A stretch of 64,000 nucleotides of DNA, from NCBI GenBank assembly GCA_963728665.1, contig CAVSLG010000018.1, positions 221,096 to 285,095 of the forward strand. The letters run 5' to 3'. The stretch is from an uncultured Actinomycetes bacterium. GTDB lineage: Bacteria; Actinomycetota; UBA4738; HRBIN12. The position numbers were made by a program, and so were the translations under genes. Below, piece after piece: positions 59,948 to 64,000 of the stretch (position 1 is the first letter of the stretch; every line of letters starts with the position of its first letter). A model generated the notes under the pieces. The model did no database searches. It saw only the letters and a list, made by a program, of their open reading frames with translations, and was not told where the DNA came from.

Positions 59948-60988
59948 ATGAGCGAGCCACCCGACTTCCGGCTGGAGCACAGCGAGCTTCGCGGCGACGA
60001 CGAGTTCACTGAGTTCACGAGCACCGACCTGCCGTACTACTCGGATTGGCGGGGCTCGTTCGAGAAGTTGCCGTGGGCCACCGACGACGACTCCCTGCGC
60101 TCGGCGAACGCCGACGTCGCGATCGTGGGCGCGCCGCTCGACGAGGGCACGTCGTCGCGTCCCGGCGCCCGGTTCGGACCGCGCGCGATCCGCATGGCGC
60201 CGACGGCTTGGAGCAGTGACTACGCCTGGTCGATCCAGCTCGACGTCGAGCCGTACGAGCACCTCACGGTGGTCGACGCGGGCGACGCCCCGATCGTGCC
60301 CACCCGGTTCGAACGCGCCCTGCGGGTGATCCACGAGAAGGTCTTCCGCGTCGCGCGCGCCGGTCCGGTGCCGATCGTGCTCGGTGGGGATCACTCGATC
60401 ACCTATCCGAGCGCGGCGGCCGTCGCGCGCGCCGTGTGGCCGCGCAAGGTCGGCGTCGTGCACTTCGACGCGCACGCCGATACCGGGGCCGACCAGTGGG
60501 GCAACCTCTACGGCCACGGCGAGCCGATGCGCCGCCTGATCGAGGAGGGCTGGGTCGCCGGTCCCAACTTCGTGCAGGTGGGCCTGCGCGGCTACTGGCC
60601 GGAGCAGGACACCTGGGCCTGGATGCGCGAACAGGGCCTGCGCTGGCACACGATGGCCGAGATCGAGGAACGGGGCAGTGAGGCCGTCGTCGCAGACGCG
60701 ATCGCCGAGGCCCTCGAGGGACCGGACTGCATCTACCTGAGCGTCGACATCGATGTGGTCGACCCGGGCATGGCGCCCGCCACCGGCACGCCCGAGTCCG
60801 GCGGCATGCTCGCCCGCGAGCTGCTGCGCGCGGTGCGGCAGGTCGTCGGTCAGGTCGACCTGGTCGGCATGGACGTGGTCGAGGTCTCGCCGCCTTACGA
60901 TCACGCCGAGGTCACCGCGATCCTGGCCCATCGCACGGTGATGGAGGCGATCAGCGCACTCGCGAAGAGGCGGGCGAGCACCGAGTAG
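59948..60988 (+). CDS. speB: Agmatinase / ureohydrolase
   Basis: GARFGPRAIR, LGGDHSIT, HFDAHADT and SVDIDVVDP..AP.TGTPE; exact substrate not established. Confidence 0.85.
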   Translation: MSEPPDFRLEHSELRGDDEFTEFTSTDLPYYSDWRGSFEKLPWATDDDSLRSANADVAIVGAPLDEGTSSRPGARFGPRAIRMAPTAWSSDYAWSIQLDVEPYEHLTVVDAGDAPIVPTRFERALRVIHEKVFRVARAGPVPIVLGGDHSITYPSAAAVARAVWPRKVGVVHFDAHADTGADQWGNLYGHGEPMRRLIEEGWVAGPNFVQVGLRGYWPEQDTWAWMREQGLRWHTMAEIEERGSEAVVADAIAEALEGPDCIYLSVDIDVVDPGMAPATGTPESGGMLARELLRAVRQVVGQVDLVGMDVVEVSPPYDHAEVTAILAHRTVMEAISALAKRRASTE

Positions 60989-61022
60989 CCCATATGGGTC
61001 CTCGGTCGGTAGGCTTCGACGC

Positions 61023-61235
61023 ATGTGCCGAAGCATCAAGACCCTGCGAAGCGCCGACGACCCCGCGACCGACGAGGACATCAAGGCCGCCGCCCTGCAG
61101 TACGTGCGGAAGGTGAGCGGCTACCGCCAGCCCTCGCGCAAGAACGAGGAAGCGTTCGAGCGCGCGGTCGAGGCGGTCGCCGAAGCGTCGAAGGTGCTGC
61201 TCGACGACGTGAGCCCTGCTGGGACCACGCGCTGA
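61023..61235 (+). CDS. DUF2277-family small protein
   Basis: MCRSIKTLR......TDEDIKAAALQYVRKVSGY; TAGGCT 7 nt upstream. Confidence 0.85.
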   Translation: MCRSIKTLRSADDPATDEDIKAAALQYVRKVSGYRQPSRKNEEAFERAVEAVAEASKVLLDDVSPAGTTR

Positions 61236-61278
61236 GGCGACTCCTCCTGTCTCGCGCCTCGCCACTACGATGGTCGCC

Positions 61279-62673
61279 ATGCTGCCGCTCGACCCTGCTC
61301 CCGAGGACATGCGCGCCATGGGGGAGACCGCGCTCGAGTACCTGATCGGGTTCATCGAAGGCCTCGACGACGCGCCCGCCGAGGCGACCGAGGGGGCGAT
61401 CGAGCTCGCGCGTGAGCTGCGAGCCGCGCCGCCTGAGCGCGGCGGCGACTTCGCCTCTGTGTTCGACGAGGCGCAGCGAGCGATCGCGCACACGTTCGAG
61501 TACGCCGGCCCCGGCTACCTCGCGTACATCCCCGGGGGCGGTCTCTACACGGCGGCGCTCGCCGACTTCCTCGCCCAGGGCGTGAACCGCTACGTCGGCC
61601 TGTGGCAGCCGAGCCCGGCGGTCGTGCAGATCGAGGAGAACGTCACCCGCTGGCTCTGCGACGTCTTCGACTACCCGTCCGGTTCGCAGGGGCTACTGCT
61701 CTCGGGCGGTTCGATGGCGAACCTCTCGGCGATGGTGACCGCTCGCCACGCGAAGCTCGGGGAGGACTTCCTCGATGGCACGTACTACGTGAGCGAGCAG
61801 GCGCATGCGAGCGTCACGAAGGCCGCGACGATCGCCGGCTTCTCGAAGCGGAACCTGCGCATCGTGCCGACCGACGCCGAGCTGCGCATGGATCCCGAGG
61901 CGCTGCGGGCGCTCGTGCGTGAGGACGGGGCAGCCGGCCTTCGGCCGTTCCTCGTGGCCCCCAGCGCCGGCACGACGAACACGGGCGCGATCGATCCGCT
62001 CGACGCGATCGCCGACATCGCCGCCGACGAAGGATTGTGGATGCACGTCGACGGCGCCTACGGGGGGTTCTTCCAGCTGACCGATCGTGGGCGTGCCGCG
62101 TTCCACGGCATCGAGCGCAGCGACTCGGTGACCCTCGATCCGCACAAGGGCATGTTCCTGCCCTACGGCACGGGCGGGCTGGTCGTGCGCGACGGACAGG
62201 CCTTGCGTGATGCCCACTACGAGGGCGCCGCATATCTGCAGGACCTGCCGCCCACCGGCGAGCTGCCGAACTACAGCGAGTACTCCGCCGAGCTCTCCCG
62301 CGACTGGCGCGGGCTGCGGGTGTGGTTCCCGCTGCGGCTGCACGGGGTGGCGGCGTTCCGCGAGGCGCTCGACGAGAAGCTCGATCTGGCGCAGGTCGTC
62401 GTCGAGGCGCTCGAGGCGGATCCGAACATCGAGGTGTGTTGGCGGCCGCAGCTGAGCACGGTGGCGTTCCGGTTGGCGGGCGATGCCGACGACGACCGGC
62501 AGGCGGAGTTCCTGCGGCGCATCAACGCGTCGAAGCGCGTGTTCCTGTCGTCGACCCGTATCCACGGCCGCTACGTGCTGCGCATCTGCATCGTGTCGCA
62601 CCGCACGCACCGTGACCGCATCGACGAGTGCATCGAGATCGTGGCGAAGGCTGCCGCGGAGCTCGCTGCGTAG
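61279..62673 (+). CDS. Group II PLP-dependent (aromatic amino acid-like) decarboxylase
   Basis: [37 protein letters not shown] and DPHKGMF; TACGAT 7 nt before ATG61279. Confidence 0.88.
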   Translation: MLPLDPAPEDMRAMGETALEYLIGFIEGLDDAPAEATEGAIELARELRAAPPERGGDFASVFDEAQRAIAHTFEYAGPGYLAYIPGGGLYTAALADFLAQGVNRYVGLWQPSPAVVQIEENVTRWLCDVFDYPSGSQGLLLSGGSMANLSAMVTARHAKLGEDFLDGTYYVSEQAHASVTKAATIAGFSKRNLRIVPTDAELRMDPEALRALVREDGAAGLRPFLVAPSAGTTNTGAIDPLDAIADIAADEGLWMHVDGAYGGFFQLTDRGRAAFHGIERSDSVTLDPHKGMFLPYGTGGLVVRDGQALRDAHYEGAAYLQDLPPTGELPNYSEYSAELSRDWRGLRVWFPLRLHGVAAFREALDEKLDLAQVVVEALEADPNIEVCWRPQLSTVAFRLAGDADDDRQAEFLRRINASKRVFLSSTRIHGRYVLRICIVSHRTHRDRIDECIEIVAKAAAELAA

Positions 62674-62681
62674 GGCGAGCG

Positions 62682-63518
62682 ATGCCCGAGATGCCGGAGG
62701 TGCAGGCGCTCGCCGAGCGTCTCGACGAGGTGCTCGCCGGCGCGACGCTCGACGCCCTCGACATGTTGCAGTTCAGCTCGCTGAAGACGTTCGCGCCGAG
62801 GCCGGCGGAGGCGTTGGGCCGCTCGATCGAACGCGTCACGCGCCGAGGCAAGTACCTCGCGATCGAGCTCGACGGGGATCTCCGGGTGCTGTTCCACCTC
62901 TCGCAGGGCGGGCGGGTCGACGTCGAGGCGCCGCCGAAGTCGACGAAGCCGCGCGGCGCGGTGCTGCGGATCCGGGCGCACGACCGGCCCAGCGTGCTCG
63001 TGAAGGAGTTCGGGAAGGAGCGCAAGGCCGGCTGGTGGGTGCTCGCGCCCGGCGACGACGGGCCGCTCGAGAAGCTCGGCCCGGAGGCAGCCGGCCCCGA
63101 GGCCGACGAGCTGTTCCGAACCAGTGACGACTCGCGACGCGTGCACACGATCCTGCGCGACCAACGCACGGTGACCGGCGTCGGTCGCGGGTACAGCGAC
63201 GACATCCTGCATCGGGCGAAGCTCTCCCCGTACGCCTCGCTCGCCAAGCTCACCGTTGAGGAGCGGGAACGGCTGATCGAAGCCACGCACGCGATCCTGG
63301 CCGAGGCGCTCGAGGTGGAGCGGAAGCGCCAGGGCGGGCTGCCGACGAAGATCGGCGAGCACTTCACCGTGCACAACCGCTCGGGGGAGCCGTGTCCCGT
63401 GTGCGGGGCCGACTTGCGCCGCGTGAGCTACGAGTCCCATGAGGTCACGTACTGCCCCGAGTGCCAGACCGGCGGGAAGGTGCTCGCCGACCGTCGCATG
63501 AGCCGCCTGCTCAGATGA
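62682..63518 (+). CDS. Fpg/Nei-family DNA glycosylase
   Basis: MPEMPEV N-terminus, RRGKYL, H2TH DQR.V.GVG..YSDDIL and zinc finger CPVC...CPECQ. Confidence 0.92.
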   Translation: MPEMPEVQALAERLDEVLAGATLDALDMLQFSSLKTFAPRPAEALGRSIERVTRRGKYLAIELDGDLRVLFHLSQGGRVDVEAPPKSTKPRGAVLRIRAHDRPSVLVKEFGKERKAGWWVLAPGDDGPLEKLGPEAAGPEADELFRTSDDSRRVHTILRDQRTVTGVGRGYSDDILHRAKLSPYASLAKLTVEERERLIEATHAILAEALEVERKRQGGLPTKIGEHFTVHNRSGEPCPVCGADLRRVSYESHEVTYCPECQTGGKVLADRRMSRLLR

Positions 63519-64000
63519 GGTACGGTCGCGCGATGTCACGGCGCTCGATCGGCACCGCACTCGCAGTAGCAGTGCTGGCCGCGATGCTCATGGCGCCGGC
63601 TGCCCAAGCCGAGTGCGCCCAGGATACCGACGCCCTGACGTTTCACGAGATGATCGACCAGGACAGGACCGGCAAGGACCGATTCCCGATCATGGTCCTT
63701 GGCGTCGGTGATGCGATCGTTGATCGCGCCGGGGGGCCGGGGGGTCGGTCGATCGCTCGTTTGAGGGTGGTGGACCATCCGGTGGGTTTCGCTTCGCCGG
63801 TTGCGCGCGTTCGCTTCTGGCGCGACCCTCCCGGCATGGGTACCTGGCCCAACTTCGAGTTCGGTCCCCACGGGCGCTACGTCGTGATCGCCCGTCGGCT
63901 CGACGACGGCTCGCTGAAGTTCGACGGCGCGTGCGGGCAGTCGCGACGACTCAACCGCGAACGGTTCCGCGAGCTCGTCCGGTACGCGCGCGGCCACTGA
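63515..64000 (+). CDS. Hypothetical secreted protein, possibly TIMP/NTR-like OB fold
   Basis: Signal peptide ending AAQA-EC; a second Cys in DGACGQS; GRYVVIA; alternative start ATG63533. Confidence 0.55.
   Translation: MRYGRAMSRRSIGTALAVAVLAAMLMAPAAQAECAQDTDALTFHEMIDQDRTGKDRFPIMVLGVGDAIVDRAGGPGGRSIARLRVVDHPVGFASPVARVRFWRDPPGMGTWPNFEFGPHGRYVVIARRLDDGSLKFDGACGQSRRLNRERFRELVRYARGH

Overview
High-GC (roughly 70% by eye) chromosomal window from an actinobacterium, probably an early-branching, non-mycolata Actinomycetota lineage (inference from gene order, F420 genes, WhiB, and a frameshifting prfB). 1-24 kb is the conserved cell-envelope/F420/whiB/mannose/ahcY locus: wzt end, SMR-type transporter, GT2, NDP-sugar pyrophosphorylase, SpoIID-LGFP, two DUF3105 genes, fbiB-fbiA/fbiC, whiB, a pure-repeat histone-H1-like protein, large GT2, DUF5719, L,D-transpeptidase, DUF3499, PMM, Trm112, PGI/PMI, PNP and ahcY. 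24-40 kb carries comF, a raiA-motif structured RNA, hpf, an orphan response regulator, secA, prfB with a programmed +1 frameshift, a YfhO-like protein, ftsEX, smpB and tmRNA (tag ANEEYALAA). 40-64 kb is accessory metabolism: a class III cyclase-ATPase-TPR gene, split aconitase X, an apparently circularly permuted alkaline-phosphatase-superfamily enzyme with an internal twin-arginine motif, a GcvT-like gene divergent from two CrtI-like FAD oxidoreductases, an osmoprotectant ABC transporter, agmatinase, a PLP decarboxylase and an Fpg/Nei glycosylase. Single-base indels break several housekeeping genes and are probably read/assembly errors. No CRISPR array, integrase, transposase, rRNA or tRNA was seen. 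All family calls are by motif recognition, not database search.
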